Shown here: positions 39,965-52,719 of the stretch, in pieces
Numbering within the stretch: position 1 is the first letter of the stretch
Layout of the letters: every line of letters begins with the position of its first letter
DNA from: Spongospora subterranea f. sp. subterranea
Taxonomy: Eukaryota
Reading direction: 5' to 3'
DNA length: 64,000 bases
NCBI GenBank assembly: GCA_049724395.1
Contig: JAUGWO010000061.1
Span: forward strand, 1 to 64,000
Program-made: the position numbers and the translations under genes
Notes under the pieces: generated by a model
The model's input: the letters and a program-made list of their open reading frames with translations, nothing else
Told to the model about the DNA's origin: nothing
The model's database searches: none

Positions 39965-42505
39965 ATGACGTCGAAGATTGTGGGGATGGCCTTTCTGCTA
40001 CTATTGTCCGTTTGTGTTAGCCGCCCTGATTTCATGCTGTTTTCGTCACGTTTGCGAGAGAACAACCACGCTGCATACAGCGCATTCAAAGCATCAGGGC
40101 TACATCCAGTAATGGCGTTTGACCAGGAATTCATCAGACGACAATGACCGCGATGTTCATCAGGAATTCTTCGATATTGTTCAGCGTTTAGAAACTGGCG
40201 ATGGTCAACGGGCTGTTATCGTCATCATTCCGGGGCTTTTAGGCACTCAACTTGGCGAAATTGACGCCACTAAGGAAAACATATTCCAGTCGTTTCATGT
40301 TTGGCCCTCTGTTGGTCGACTACTTAAGCGCGGTATAGTGTCCCTCCCCCGGTTTTCCTAATCATGATGCTAACTTTGAGGACCAGGCGCTCGGTTTTTC
40401 GATTTGATGCAGTTAAAGAACACAGGGTGCGATCGCTGTGAGAATCAGGGTGCAAGGTGCGTGTTCATGGGCGTAGCCGCCAACGAAACTCTACCTGGCC
40501 CGAATGTCGACATTTCGTACTGGAAATCAAGCCGTAATCTGTAGGGTATCGCCATCGCACCTCGAGCATCTCTCAAATGCGTTTCCCATTTCCAGTTTCC
40601 CTCGTGGCGCTAGTCCCATCGATGGTGGCGATACTTACAGTCTACCGGTCACCAAAGCTGCTGCCAAGGTGGCGATGAGGGCGATTGAGGAGCTGACAGG
40701 ATTGCCATCTGTCGACCACGCTCTGACATCGGACCAGTACGACCTGGTGCCCGTTTCCACCGATAACCATCGCTCATTCTCGAATAGGTTCAAATTGCTG
40801 CGTCAGTCTCTGGAATCGCTCGGATGGGAAATCGGTGTTGACATGTTCGTTGAGGTCGCCATTCAATCACCGTTGCCCGTTTTATTCAACATTACGCCTA
40901 GGTTCGCCATTCCTTACGATTTCCGTTATGCCCCTGGGACCTCAGGGTATAGGTCAGGCCAAACTCAATTGATTCTACCGATTCTCACAGTCAGATTGCC
41001 TTTAGAACACAATGCGATTGTGACTCTTATCATCCGCCGGTCTTAGACGCCTGTCATTTCCAGCGAATGCTCGAGTAATATTGCCAAATCGACCCTCTTT
41101 CCTTCTCTTTATCATCTCTTACAGGATGATTCAGTCCATTGCGAAAATCGCTGGAAGAAAAGTGGTGATTGTGACTCACTCGAACGGCAGCAATGTCGCC
41201 ACACAATTACTGAGATCATATCCGGCTGAAATGGGTACAACAATCAATCGTTGCAGATTGAACCATCTTTTTGTTGTTGCTGATGTTCGTTTTCTCGGTA
41301 GCTGAGATCGTAACTCGGTTCATCAGTATTGCCGGTCCTCATTTAGGTGCCGGGGCAACAAGCCCCGCCCGAGCGTTCCCGAGACTGATCGGGACCAGGA
41401 AGCTAGAGACGTACCTGAAAATGGCTTGGACCTGGCCAAGTTTATCGTGGCTTCTGGCCCGAACCGACCCATCTGGGAAATTCTCAGGGCCCCTATTCTG
41501 CGTTCATGAGCCGGATTTCATTCATCATCACAAGCCGGTTCCATGGGCGAACGGGGAGTGTATTTCGAACTGGACTGTCCAACAAGAGTACAACACCCAT
41601 CCGCGTCGGACGTTCTCGCTCTGGGCCGAGTTTGAACGAAATGAGCAGCTGGCGTCCCGATTGGCCATGGCCCTAGAATCGAACGCGATTATCATATCAG
41701 ACCACGCCGATTGGGTCATATTCAGAATTGGGGACGATCGACTCATCAAGAGCCAGGAAACCGTTCAAGCTATGGTCAAAGCGTGTCAGCATCGCTTTCC
41801 TCAATTCGAACCAATTCAAGACCGTGCTGGTTTTCTGGAGTCGGTTTTCACCGCGTTCCCGAAATCGCCATTGGTCGAGTTCTTCCTGTTAGAGCCAAGG
41901 GATTCGTATTTCGTGGAGATGGTGACCCTATTCGCACGTGCGCCATGGGAAGTCGTTATCACGTCGTTGATGACGGAAGATCAGCAACGTGATCTCCTGT
42001 TCGAGATTTCCGAAACGGTCCCGGGATTCAGCACCATGGCCAACGCATACGATTGCCTGCTGAAAAGCAAGGACCCGGTGTTGGCGTTGACCGCATCTGA
42101 GCTGAACGAGGAGCGGATGCGCCCGATCCAATCCATTGAGACCATCTGCATATATGCAACCAGCTCTCCAACCAGGACGTCGCTCCACTTTCAATGGATG
42201 CATGGTAAAGACGGCGCCCTTCAGATGAAAGTGGTCCACAGTGACGGGGCGTTCACACCTGGCGACAACACCATTCCCGCCTATAGCGCAACGTACTGGT
42301 CCATCGGCTCGATCGGGTGTTTTCGTTGGTTTCGCTAAACCGTGAATTGTTCTGGTTCAGATATATATGCGATTTGTGGAAGCAGATGGGGCTGAATTCG
42401 AGAACGGTGGATGTGACAAGAACGAATCCCGTTGCTGAAGCCCACGCCGCATTATCATTTCATCCTGGGGCCATCAGTGAGATCATTCGCTCCTCTGTCT
42501 TGTGA
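39965..42505 (+). CDS. LCAT / PLA2G15-family secreted lipase-acyltransferase, multi-exon
   Basis: Signal peptide, VIIPGLLGTQL, FAIPYDFRYAP, KVVIVTHSNG (nucleophile elbow), FISIAGPHLGA, GDNTIP, C-terminal His (AEAH). Confidence 0.82.
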
Positions 42506-42974
42506 ACGGCGCGGGAAATTGGGGCGTTCTCGTCCTGTATGTTGATATAAATGGCCGTCATTATCTACAATTTTAATATCAATCAAATAAGGTGTTTTGA
42601 AATAAACGGCCGATGAGACCATCGATTGCAGCCGTCTTTGATGACTGCGAATATATCTGTGCTGAATAATGATTGATGACTTCACAATGTGCCAGATGCA
42701 GGATAACTGGACTCGATACAGAAAGCATTATTTCGGTGATGAGCGCAACAAAATAACCTGGTTTTTTCGCTTAATCTATCGCCGTTGGTATTGTAGCCGT
42801 AATAAACCGCATTTCGACAGCATGGCAGAAAGTTCATCGCCTTCAGAAAACCATCTGATGGCTGCTACAACATCGAACTGGGATTCATTCGCTCCCACTG
42901 CTCAGACGGTTCGATGGATATACGGGTTGATTGGGAAAACTACTGACTGCCAATACGATTAATTGTGGTCTGTA

Positions 42975-44086
42975 TCAATAACGATCTTTCATCCTGGAGG
43001 CGACCGCTCGCATCTGTGAATATACTTTGCCAGGTGGACTTCCTCTCAACAGACGAACGATCGCACTCTTAGCGACCTTGATGTTGCTGAAGGACCCCAA
43101 AATATGAATGAACCTATAAACATCATGAACGTGATAAGCACACAATAGGGTTGTTGTGGCATCATCGTGGCAAAAAACCATGAAACTTAAATCAGGTGAT
43201 AGGAATGAACACACAATGAACCGTAGTCACTTTGTTCAAAATATGTGATTCTCCTCAATCAATTCCAATCAGAAGAGCAACATACGAGTCGGCCAACACA
43301 ATGCGGGTCTTGGTAGCGTTCTCAATGGTAAACTTGGTTTTACCGCCCTGGCCGGCGACACGACCAATTGCACGCGACATGTGCTCGCCCTGCAGTGTTT
43401 TCACTGAACCACAGGATTATCGGTCAGCTGGATATCACCCACAAAACATCGGACAGTTAGACAAATCATCACCTCAACGGAAAATGTTTTAACAAAAAAA
43501 TACAAAGACGGAACTATGATGGCGACAGAATAAAAACCAAAATAAAATGACGTAACGGTGTCAGATCACGATTTGACAGTGAACGATTGTGATATTGTAC
43601 AAGCAAAACATTCCAGAGCAAAAAAAAGGAGTTGACAAACATTGACTACCAACCATCTTTGATCTCAAAACTGTCAATATATAGATCATCTAGTCGTAAT
43701 ATGGCAATCGCATCCCTGATCTCAAATCCCAGCATAAATGCGCGCACGAAATCGGCCGCCTTCTGAATGGCGCCAGAGTCGTTGGTCACCGACGATGTAC
43801 GCAACTGGACCACTTTCCTCTTCACATTGATACGGATCTGCAGGTTAAGGTGCTCGACAATGGGGGAATATATCTCCATCCAGTGTGTTTTCAAAGGCGT
43901 CATGCGATGCGGTGGGATATTGACGGATCGCAGCTCACATTTGCCACCGGATAGCTGTTGGGCCGATAATGGCGCCAACTCCATCTCCTCGTCAACCTTT
44001 TCAATATCGTCGAGCTGGGCCTGCTCACGTCTGATATTTTCCGCTGCCATATTTATGTCGCGAGCCTCCAACACGATCGCCGCCAT
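42975..44086 (-). CDS. PNO1: KH-domain ribosome biogenesis factor Pno1/Dim2, 3 exons
   Basis: IPPHRMTPLKTHWMEIYSPIVEHL..., QKAADFVRAFMLGF, LRLDDLYIDSFEIKD, GEHMSRAIGRVAGQGGKTKFTIENATKTRIVLAD, IHILGSF..., GSPPGKVY. Confidence 0.96.
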
Positions 44087-44429
44087 TTTCGCTTTCGTAT
44101 TCAACAAATCAGACCGGCCAGGCTGAAAACGTGAAATATCTCCGTACGGGGTCCGCCGCGCACGTTCGAGAAGATTTCAGATTTCCTCCACATTACTGTA
44201 GATAATGTAGTGGCTTCATGTAAACTTATGTCGTTGGAAAATTGACGCCATCTCTGTTGCAAGTCATACAGTAGTGATCAGCTGTACTTGTATAAATTTT
44301 ATATTCTCAAATTTCAGAATTTGATATAGCGGTTTACTCCGCGATACTAATACAGAATTGATATTGTTTTCCGAACGTTGAAGGCTTTAGCCACAGTAGA
44401 GTGGTGTTTCGTCAACTTCTTGAGTTAAG

Positions 44430-46177
44430 TTATGAATTCCTGGATAGTTTATTTAGCTTGGCATGCAATTCTAACATTTCAATATGCATATCCACCACCA
44501 TCTGATGCTCAATATGATGTCTGGACTGTTCAATTTTCTCGCCAACCTCCCTGTGAATTTTCGCAACCATGTCCAATTGGCTAGCACTGAGCCCATCTAA
44601 TCCCATTCCTAATAGATGTTCTGGTAAGAGCTCTAACCGTTCAGCCACACTTTCTCCAACACATTCCTTCAACTGATCTTCCATCTTTGCCATCCGGAAC
44701 TGGCAAAGATCTGAAGATTGATCTGATTCAAACTGTAGGACACTGTCGTTTTGCTTTTCAACTTCTGCGCATGCAACAGCGACATCCCCACTGGAGGCGC
44801 TAGGTGCAACTGCGTCGGGGACAGTTGATTGGTCGTCACGTTTGCTGGTCGCTGGGGGATCGGTGTTGACGGAAAGCTCTGATAGCAGTGATGTAGTTGC
44901 CATAGCCGATCGCTGTTGAAGAACGAAAAGATGATTATCAACCACTTTCTTACATTCCTGTTAATACATATCGTTATTAAGAGCAAACTTGAATCGTGGC
45001 ACAGAAATCGGTACATAAACCTTCTACGAAAACAACGGTCCCGCACTTATAGAAATATGTCAACTTTTAACGATGGACAACCCAATGTGGCTTACCTTCG
45101 CAACATTCCTCCTGTGCGATTAGATCAAGCGGTGAAAGAGCTTTGTGATTGTTAACGTGCAGATTAGGGTTATGTGCCAATATTACTTTAACACAAGGCG
45201 CTTGGCGAGCGATAATGGCGAGATGCAGGACCGTATTCCCATTACGGTCTGTATGATCTATGGCATCTCTCCCCTTCTCAAGCAGCAGCGAGAGTGCTTC
45301 TTCATGTCCAGACATCGTTGTACACATCAGTGCATTGATTCTGTCAAAAAACAAGAATACATTACTCAAAGACAGACGCTCGACAATATGATGACAAAAC
45401 TTGAGCAAACACACACAAGTAATCAAACGCACAGTACCCGGCATCGTTCTTGTGTTGTGTTTCTTTCGGAGCAAAATCAATGATATAACGGATGCATTCG
45501 GTGTGACCGCGTGTGCAGGCCCACATCAGCGGCGAATCACCGTTTTGATTACGACACGTCAGCATGGCAGAATCATGTTCCGCCAGCGACTAAAGACCAA
45601 ATTAATCATCAACCACAATCAACGGAAATATCTGGAACGTGTCTCAGGCACCAAAATCACAACAAAACACAGAAGTAAGAACTGCTGAAGATTGGGTTGC
45701 AACGGGTTTCCTCAACTCAGCTTCAGGGTTCTGTCACGAATCGTTTACGAATTGATTAGAACAAAGAAGCACTGGAAATGGTTCAACATTGACAGCTGAA
45801 ACGGAATCCATTGAATGTTTTCAACGTACTTTAACTATTGGTTTGAATCCACCAAGACATGCCCAGTGCATTGATGTATTTCCCAATTGACTTGTTGCAG
45901 ATACCGAGGCGCCGAACCGCAATAGAACCTGAACGGTCGGATGATGACCTGCTCGAGCAGATTTCATCCTAAACGTCGAATCAATAACCAGTTCATCTCC
46001 CACAGCCAGGGTGCGGCGATCCTCATACAATGGCGTAGCTCCAGAATCATCTCGGCATTCCAGTAACGCTGGGCGATGGTCTGCTGCCGATCGGGAAAGC
46101 ACCCGATCGACAAGGTCGTGATACCCTTCGGACGATGCACGTAAGATAAGGCTGTAAAGGCGAATATCTACAGACAT
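44430..46177 (-). CDS. Ankyrin-repeat protein with C-terminal helical region, multi-exon
   Basis: GATPL, GNTSMHWACLGG, GDSPLMWACTRGH, NALM...GH and GNTVLHLA ankyrin motifs joined by GT-AG introns. Confidence 0.82.
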
Positions 46178-46320
46178 ATCGTCTATAATAATGACGGAAT
46201 AGTATCAGACTGAATATTATAACATGATCATCATCACACAGACAATGTAACGCAGGATCACACACAAGTCAATCAAGAAACTCAGCGAACAGACGCAGTT
46301 TATTGATCCCAAAAAAATGC

Positions 46321-47470
46321 GCTGTGTACATTCTGCCTATCGTGTACTGTAGTGTAACGGAATAACCCGACAGACGATCGGTGTTGGACATTTCGACTGA
46401 AGATTCTGCCAAAGCTGCCAGCTGAGGCAACACACTTCCCCAGTTTTTCACATCTTGTCTAACCGGTAGCGCCCTTACGGAATGGGGCTTATCACAGCAT
46501 AATATTGTACATCTGTTCCCAACTCGGCAGATGGCCGCACTGTACCTGTGGTACTTACCGAGTAAGCAAGCAGCGATGACGCTGACAAGGATATGACACG
46601 ACAGTGATAACGCTGGAGAGAGAGAGAGAGTTTATAACAACGACAAAAACAACAAGAACAATAAGAACTGGCAGTTCACGGAGTCCGGTACCAGGGTCCA
46701 GCCCGGGACCGCACTTCCCCCAACGGACGAAAAAAAGGATCAGAGGAAAGCCACGCCTAACGATTGCACTTTCTTGAAGTTTAAAATACGGCTGGCACCG
46801 GCAGTGCGTTTCCTGTTGATCGGTGCTTTCCTCTTGGCGGACCCATCAACAATTTGATTCGAATGGCGGCGTCTTGTTCGTCGCAACCAGTTCCTTGACA
46901 CTGGCAATACATCAGCCATAACTGCTCCCAGAAGTCTGTCCACTGCCCGCGCCGAGAACCGCCCATGTCTTGCCGGCGGTCATGTCTTTTGCAGTCTGGC
47001 TGATGTCCGGGTCACTGCTAAATTCGTGGCCGCCGGGAGCTTGGGCGGTTCTCGGCGCGGGCAGTCAACGGACTCCTGGGAGCTGATGTATCAAGGAACT
47101 GGTTGCGACGAACAAGACGCCGCCATTCGAATCAAATTGTTGAGGGGTCCGCCGAAGAGGAAAGCACCGATCAACAAGAAACGCACTGCCGGTGCCAGCC
47201 GTATTTTGAACTTCAAGAAAGTGTAATCGTCCTTTTTTTCGTCCTTTGGGAAATTTGGGGAGTGTATTCATGCATTATAAACAGACAAATCGGGTTTTCG
47301 GATTGTTGTGTGTGCAATATTATGCTGTGATAAGCCCCATTCCGTAAGGGCGCTACCGGTTAGACAAGATGTGCTACAGCTGGCAGCTTTGGCAGAATCT
47401 TCAGTCGAAATGTCCAACACCGACGGGTTATTCCGTTACACTACAGTACACGACAGGCAGAATGTACATC
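46321..47470. repeat. Nested inverted repeats: 46321-46508/47316-47470 and 46766-46965/47042-47223
   Basis: For example cacatcttgtctaaccggtagcgcccttacggaatggggcttatcacagcataatattg pairs with caatattatgctgtgataagccccattccgtaagggcgctaccggttagacaagatgtg. A third short pair lies at 47477-47510/47558-47592. Confidence 0.92.
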
Positions 47471-48312
47471 AGCGGTATATCGATCTGTGCAAGAAGTTCT
47501 ACGGAAAGTGGTGTGACAATAACGTATGACGCATTAGGGGATGAGATTGTCAAACCGCTTTCCGTAGAACTTCGTGCACAGATCGATATACCACTGTCGC
47601 AGAAGGGGCATCAGTGTTGAGTGTAGCAACTCCCCGCACTGCAACGCGCGTTCCAGGGCCGTCCCTCTCAGGCACTGAATTAGAATATCAGGCAGCGTGC
47701 CAACGATACGGTTTCCCAAACTCGATCCCGAGTTGGACCAAGATACCGATGAATCTCGTCAAGCGTATCGAAATTATCAAATGCAGGGAGGTGAGGCTCA
47801 TCATCGTACGGCGCAGTGACAGGTCCCGGTTGTATCAACTTTAATGTCCACAATCTGCTTGCCGGTTGACGCGGATGCAGAGTCCAAATGACGGATCCCT
47901 ATATCATGGACGAGCGTGGCGAGGTCCTGATAACGCCGATCCTATTGTTGATTGTGGAGCTCTTGAGACTCCAAAAATTGGCGCATCCATTGCATCGGGT
48001 GATGCTGGAGAGGGGTGTGAGCGCGTGCGACGGGGGAAGGTGAACGGGTGACCATCATGGTTGAGAGGGAAATAAAGGATACCAGAAGAGGATGAAATGG
48101 CGGGAAAAAAGGAAGATTTGAACTTGGAGAAATTTCTGTGGTACTTACCGAGTAAGCAAGCAGCGATGACGCTGACAAGGATATGACACGACAGCGATAA
48201 CGGTTGGAGAGAGAGAGAGAGAGAGTTTATAACAACAACCTAAACAACAAGAACAATAATAACCTAACCTCGCTTTAGGGAGTCCGGTACCAGGGTCCAG
48301 GCCGGGACCACA
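46547..48312 (-). mobile_element. Non-autonomous LTR retroelement (TRIM-like), 1766 bp, two LTRs of about 170 bp, TSD GTACC
   Basis: Direct repeats 46547-46713 and 48137-48312 run tgtggt...acc(a/g)ca. gtacc occurs at 46542-46546 and 48313-48317. A minus-strand PPT gggggaag (46714-46721) abuts the 3' LTR, and tataaa plus (ct)n lie inside the LTR. Confidence 0.88.
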
Positions 48313-48900
48313 GTACCCAACTGACAGCGACCTAGAATTTTCTGTCATTCATCACTATTTATCACGCCAGTAGCTGATTCTACGCCGCTGCTGTCGAGGC
48401 TTCAAACCATTGTAGAAACTTCGTCGCGTTTGCAACGCTTTACCTATTGACAAACGGACGAGGTAGCCCTTTAGGCATTGCGATCAGCACGCTGTGTATT
48501 CGCTAAAAGATGCTCTATACTGCGACCGACATCCGATCTGGTTCGCTATAGCCGTTGCAAGGTGCATCATGTGCCGACCGGTCATCTGGCACCCTGAGCG
48601 AATTTACCCAGTATTCGGTGATGTGCAGGGCAATCTATGCGATCACTTTCCGATTGGTCTTGTGCGATGTTCCCGATTCACGAGCGCGTTCACCAAAACC
48701 ACCCTGACTTCATTACGAAAAATAAACATTGCGAGCGTTGTTTTTTATTGGGTCGATCGCCGTTGCTGATTACTGTTGAGCCGAGCACTGCGGCAACCTT
48801 CCAGCGATGGTCGCTTGGCTGCTGGCCAGCAGGCTTGACACCAGCCTAACTTTCTCTCTTAATAATAGTAATACAACTCACTTGTAATTCGACTAAGTAA

Positions 48901-49947
48901 AAGGGTGGTTCGATCGAGAAATATAGATAAAACAAAAGAGATGACAAAAATTGCGGCTCAATCTGATTGGCGGAAATGTCCGTCACCTATATTGTTGTCT
49001 GAAGGTCTTGATTTTGAAGGTCTATTGTTCAGGTTAAAATTAATACAGATTGGGGTCCGTCGTCAGCGAGTCGCGTCTATTGTCATTCCAGGAGCAATTG
49101 TAGCCATGACGGAAGCTCTTGCTATTGTTCTTGACAGCGATGTTGACGAAGATGGACGTAGTGACCGACTACCGCCTTCTAGACGTTTCTCTATGCGACG
49201 ATCGTTGTTTTCTGTCGCCGATAATGATTGTATGTTCGATGAAGGTTGGTTCAAGAACCAATTCCGTTGCACGAAAGCATCATTCAATAGTATTTGCCAA
49301 ATGATCGATGCGAATTGGTGAAAAAAAGGGGCCGCCCGAAGAAAGAAGCTGCCGACGTTGAGGCCGTCAGCTGGACGCTGGAGATGATTCGATGCCTTCT
49401 TTCCAAAAAAAACGAATTAACAAACGAGTTCCTTGACAGCAAAGACTTTCTTCGGTATACTTGCATTGCCAGTTTGTTTATCGGCGGCATTGTGGGTACG
49501 ATAAGCTTTTTGCAGTATCTGGTATTTGGATTTAACCTGTCCAGCGTTTATATCGACTTAAAATTGCGACTGCAAATGCAACACAATCTTCGACCACCCT
49601 CGAGCCAAAGAGACTTTATCTTTGCTGTCAAGGAACTCGTTTGTTAATTCGTTTTTTTTGGAAAGAAGGCATCGAATCATCTCCAGCGTCCAGCTGACGG
49701 CCTCAACGTCGGCAGCTTCTTTCTTCGGGCGGCCCCTTTTTTTCATCGGCGTCGTGAGCCGGGCGCCAGCAACATCATCGTCGACGTCAACGTCGCCAAC
49801 AGGTAGACCCATGCTTGGCATTATATATCCAGCCAATCAGATGCGCGAGTTGGTGATATCGATATTGATTACAGAGCCCCTGTCTGGACCACAGATTTTT
49901 TCGACATGTCTACCGTTTTATCTATATTTCTCGATTGAACCACACTC
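48901..49947. mobile_element. PIF/Harbinger internally deleted derivative, 1047 bp, TIRs of about 33 bp, TAA TSD
   Basis: Left aagggtggttcgatcgagaaatatagataaaac, right gttttatctatatttctcgattgaaccacactc; TAA at 48898-48900 and 49948-49950. Transposase N-terminus [21 protein letters not shown] on +; Myb/SANT-like ORF on -. Confidence 0.9.
49450..49836 (-). pseudogene. Harbinger Myb/SANT-like DNA-binding ORF remnant with AT-hook
   Basis: KKRGRPKK (AT-hook), [42 protein letters not shown]...TGN, with one in-frame TAA at 49558-49560. Confidence 0.75.
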
Positions 49948-51224
49948 TAAAGTGAACTCCCTTAGAGTGTGAGATGGGTGACGCAATCGCGAGAGGCGGT
50001 GTCTGTAGCACAGCAGCGAGTGTCAATCGTTGTTTTTTAATGTTTTCAAATTCATAAGGTCACTATATAGATGAATGACGCGGTGTTGGCTGGATCCATT
50101 ATATCGGCCATTGCAGGTGCGTGTCGTTCATTGTTTCATTATCGTTTTTTCTGTCGTCGCTTCCGTCGGCCTTTGCGTCAGATGGAATTGCGTCAGGGAC
50201 CGCCATCAGCACCAAGCCGATGCCCAAGCCGTCCTGATTGAGCGCAGAGCCCAAGCCCAAGCCGAACGGTTGTTTAACTATCTTATTCATTCTCCTTTCA
50301 AATTTCTTGATTATCTATACAGAGAGGTGCGCGAAAGGAACCAGTAGGATAGGTATCTTGATAGGGGAAGGTGTTCTGATTGCCCATACCATAGGATTAT
50401 ACTCTTGGCACTACTGCTGGATCCTGGTCATCGCGATTTGATCCTAAATGGCCGGCTGGAACAATGTACAGATGGTGTTGATACTGTTCATCTGTTTTAT
50501 CTGTGTTTTAGTACAACCTCCACAGCAGCAACAGCCTCAAGATGGCCAAATCACTGATAGGTAAACAGACTTCCGAATGGCACTGTAGTTTATTCACTAT
50601 TTTTATCTTCTGACTATGGTTAACGGCAGCCGCTCTCTTCGGCAATGAGTTGGCCACAGTTGAGCCAACACGAGGTGCCGGTGTTGTTAGTAGTTAATTT
50701 GGTCTTGATTCACGTCAGGACAGACTCCAACATAATCTGCTATCGGAACGAGCTTGATTGACTCGCACTGATGATTACGGGTATCTTTGAACCATTTTGA
50801 GCACGAATTGATCAATCAAAACAAAAACAAACGAGAAATGAACGTCGATTACCGGTGATTCCATTTTTCAAATGAATAAACTTATTTACTGACATCGTAT
50901 TTATGTGTCTATGTACTTGTGTCTACTCCGGTCTCTGACATCAGTCCATCCTGCTTTGTCAAAGGAAAAACCAACCGCTTGTGCTTTCAAGCTCAAAGAG
51001 TTCATCGAGGGACTGCAGAGTTCTAAGTCGTCTAGTTTCGGTTCGTTCTATCGTGGACTTGATTTCCGAAGTCCAATTCGACAACATTCTGGAATTTTGC
51101 GTTCAAAACGAGCCATGTTGGACTTTGGAGAATTTGAAAAGAATGGTTGTTTGTTTGTGTTGTGGTGTTTGGTGCACAGCATTTTGCTGGCATATGAATC
51201 AACCGACTTATCCCGAGTTGATCA

Positions 51225-52630
51225 GGACCTGTCGAACACCTGCCTCTCGCCCATCACCTCAGGTTACGCCGCCTGAAAGGTCTTCAACTCGTTCAGCTGT
51301 TGCAATTTTTCGCCAAGAAATCCCTTATTTATCCATCCGGTCGCGTCATCCATGTAAATCACCATGTACAGGGTTCCTTGCAGCGACCTCGTCCTCATCG
51401 GACCACATAGGTCGCTGTGAATGACGTCTCCTGGTTCGTGTTTCGCCTGCGGCTCGTCTTGTGGATTATTGTCCTGTCATCTTCCCGCTGAGGCAGATCT
51501 GACACGGTTTGCTCGACGCTTCTTTTGTTGACATCTCCAGTCGGGGTTTGATCCCCATCGTACTCATTGTCGCCAACGTTTTGAAGTTTGTGTGGCCACA
51601 GCGACGTTGACACTCTATCGCGTCTCCTCTTGATGTTGCTGTCGCCGTCAGCGCCTGGATGCGAAATACACCCGACATTTTCGAAGTCACCAACGATTTC
51701 TTGTCGTTCTGAGTTACTGTATACGTGCCGTCCTTCATCACAATATGAGCGCCTGGTTCCAAAGCAATCATGCTGATCGACAATAGGTTCTCCCGCAAGC
51801 CTGGCACATTAAAAGCGCCGCTGACCAAAATCCAGGAAGTCGGCCAAAAATCATTGTCGCTTGTGCTCCCGCTTAACAACATGCTGAACAGGAATTCTGG
51901 TTTGGTAGCTGCAGGGTTAGTCGACTCCTTCTGGTTAGTTGACTCTCTCTCATTCTCATCTCTCCTGCACTCTTTGGCTAACTGCCCAAATTGGTTTTAC
52001 AGGCACAGCACTTGACTCTCTTCTTGTCGAACTTTCGCTTCTGTGTCACTGTGGCTTTCATTGCCGTCTGCTGTTCCTCCTGAACCGCCATCTGCGTCCA
52101 CTTTCGACCTTTGATCCGGCGCCATCAATTTGTTCGTCGGCTCCAATCTTGAGAGCAATGTTCCCGTTCATGATGATCTCGATGATATCCGAATAACGCG
52201 GAAGCCCCATCAGAGAGAGGGCAAACTGACGTCGTGAATCTGAGTCACCTCGTCCAATTCGTCGGCAGTGTTTGTCATCAGCGTGATATGCGAGTACAAA
52301 TCGTCTTTTGCAGCCATCTTCATAAACCGAAACTTGTGAGTCAGTAGTGCGATTTACTGACTGGTCTGCTGTCGATAGAACGATGTCAATGCGGCCCTGG
52401 GCCCAGGCCGCCAAAGGTGTCCGGGTCTTGCTGACCAGTGGCAACTGATCTCTGATTCGAGCGGATCAAACCTTTTTGTTGGTTTGCTGATCCGCCGACT
52501 CCTCTTGCAGAGAATACTTTTCAGTCCTCATCCCATCAGATGCGCACTGACCCCGAATTCAAAAGCTCTCCTATTCTTGCCGTTCAGTCTCTCGCCCATG
52601 TACGCCTTGAGAGCGTCTGAGTCCATAACC
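51225..52630 (-). mobile_element. Degenerate Ty1/copia gag-protease-integrase remnant
   Basis: ggttatggac PBS-like start, gag ERLNGKN, decayed zinc knuckle, WILVSGA, VPGLRENLLS, RRCGH...CQICLSGK, IHSDLCGPM...YMDDAT. Confidence 0.88.
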
Positions 52631-52719
52631 CGAGGTAATGGGCGAGAGGCCGGTGAGTTTGCGTTTGGAATTGTCTTTTTTTGCACCTCAAATTCGTGTC
52701 AAAGCGTGATCACATCGAT

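Larger units (their letters stand above)
48774..50030. repeat. LTR-like dispersed repeat split by the Harbinger insertion; uninterrupted copy at 53426-53590
   Basis: 48802-48894 and 49959-50027 align end-to-end with 53426-53589. The repeat begins tgttgag at 48774. Confidence 0.75.
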
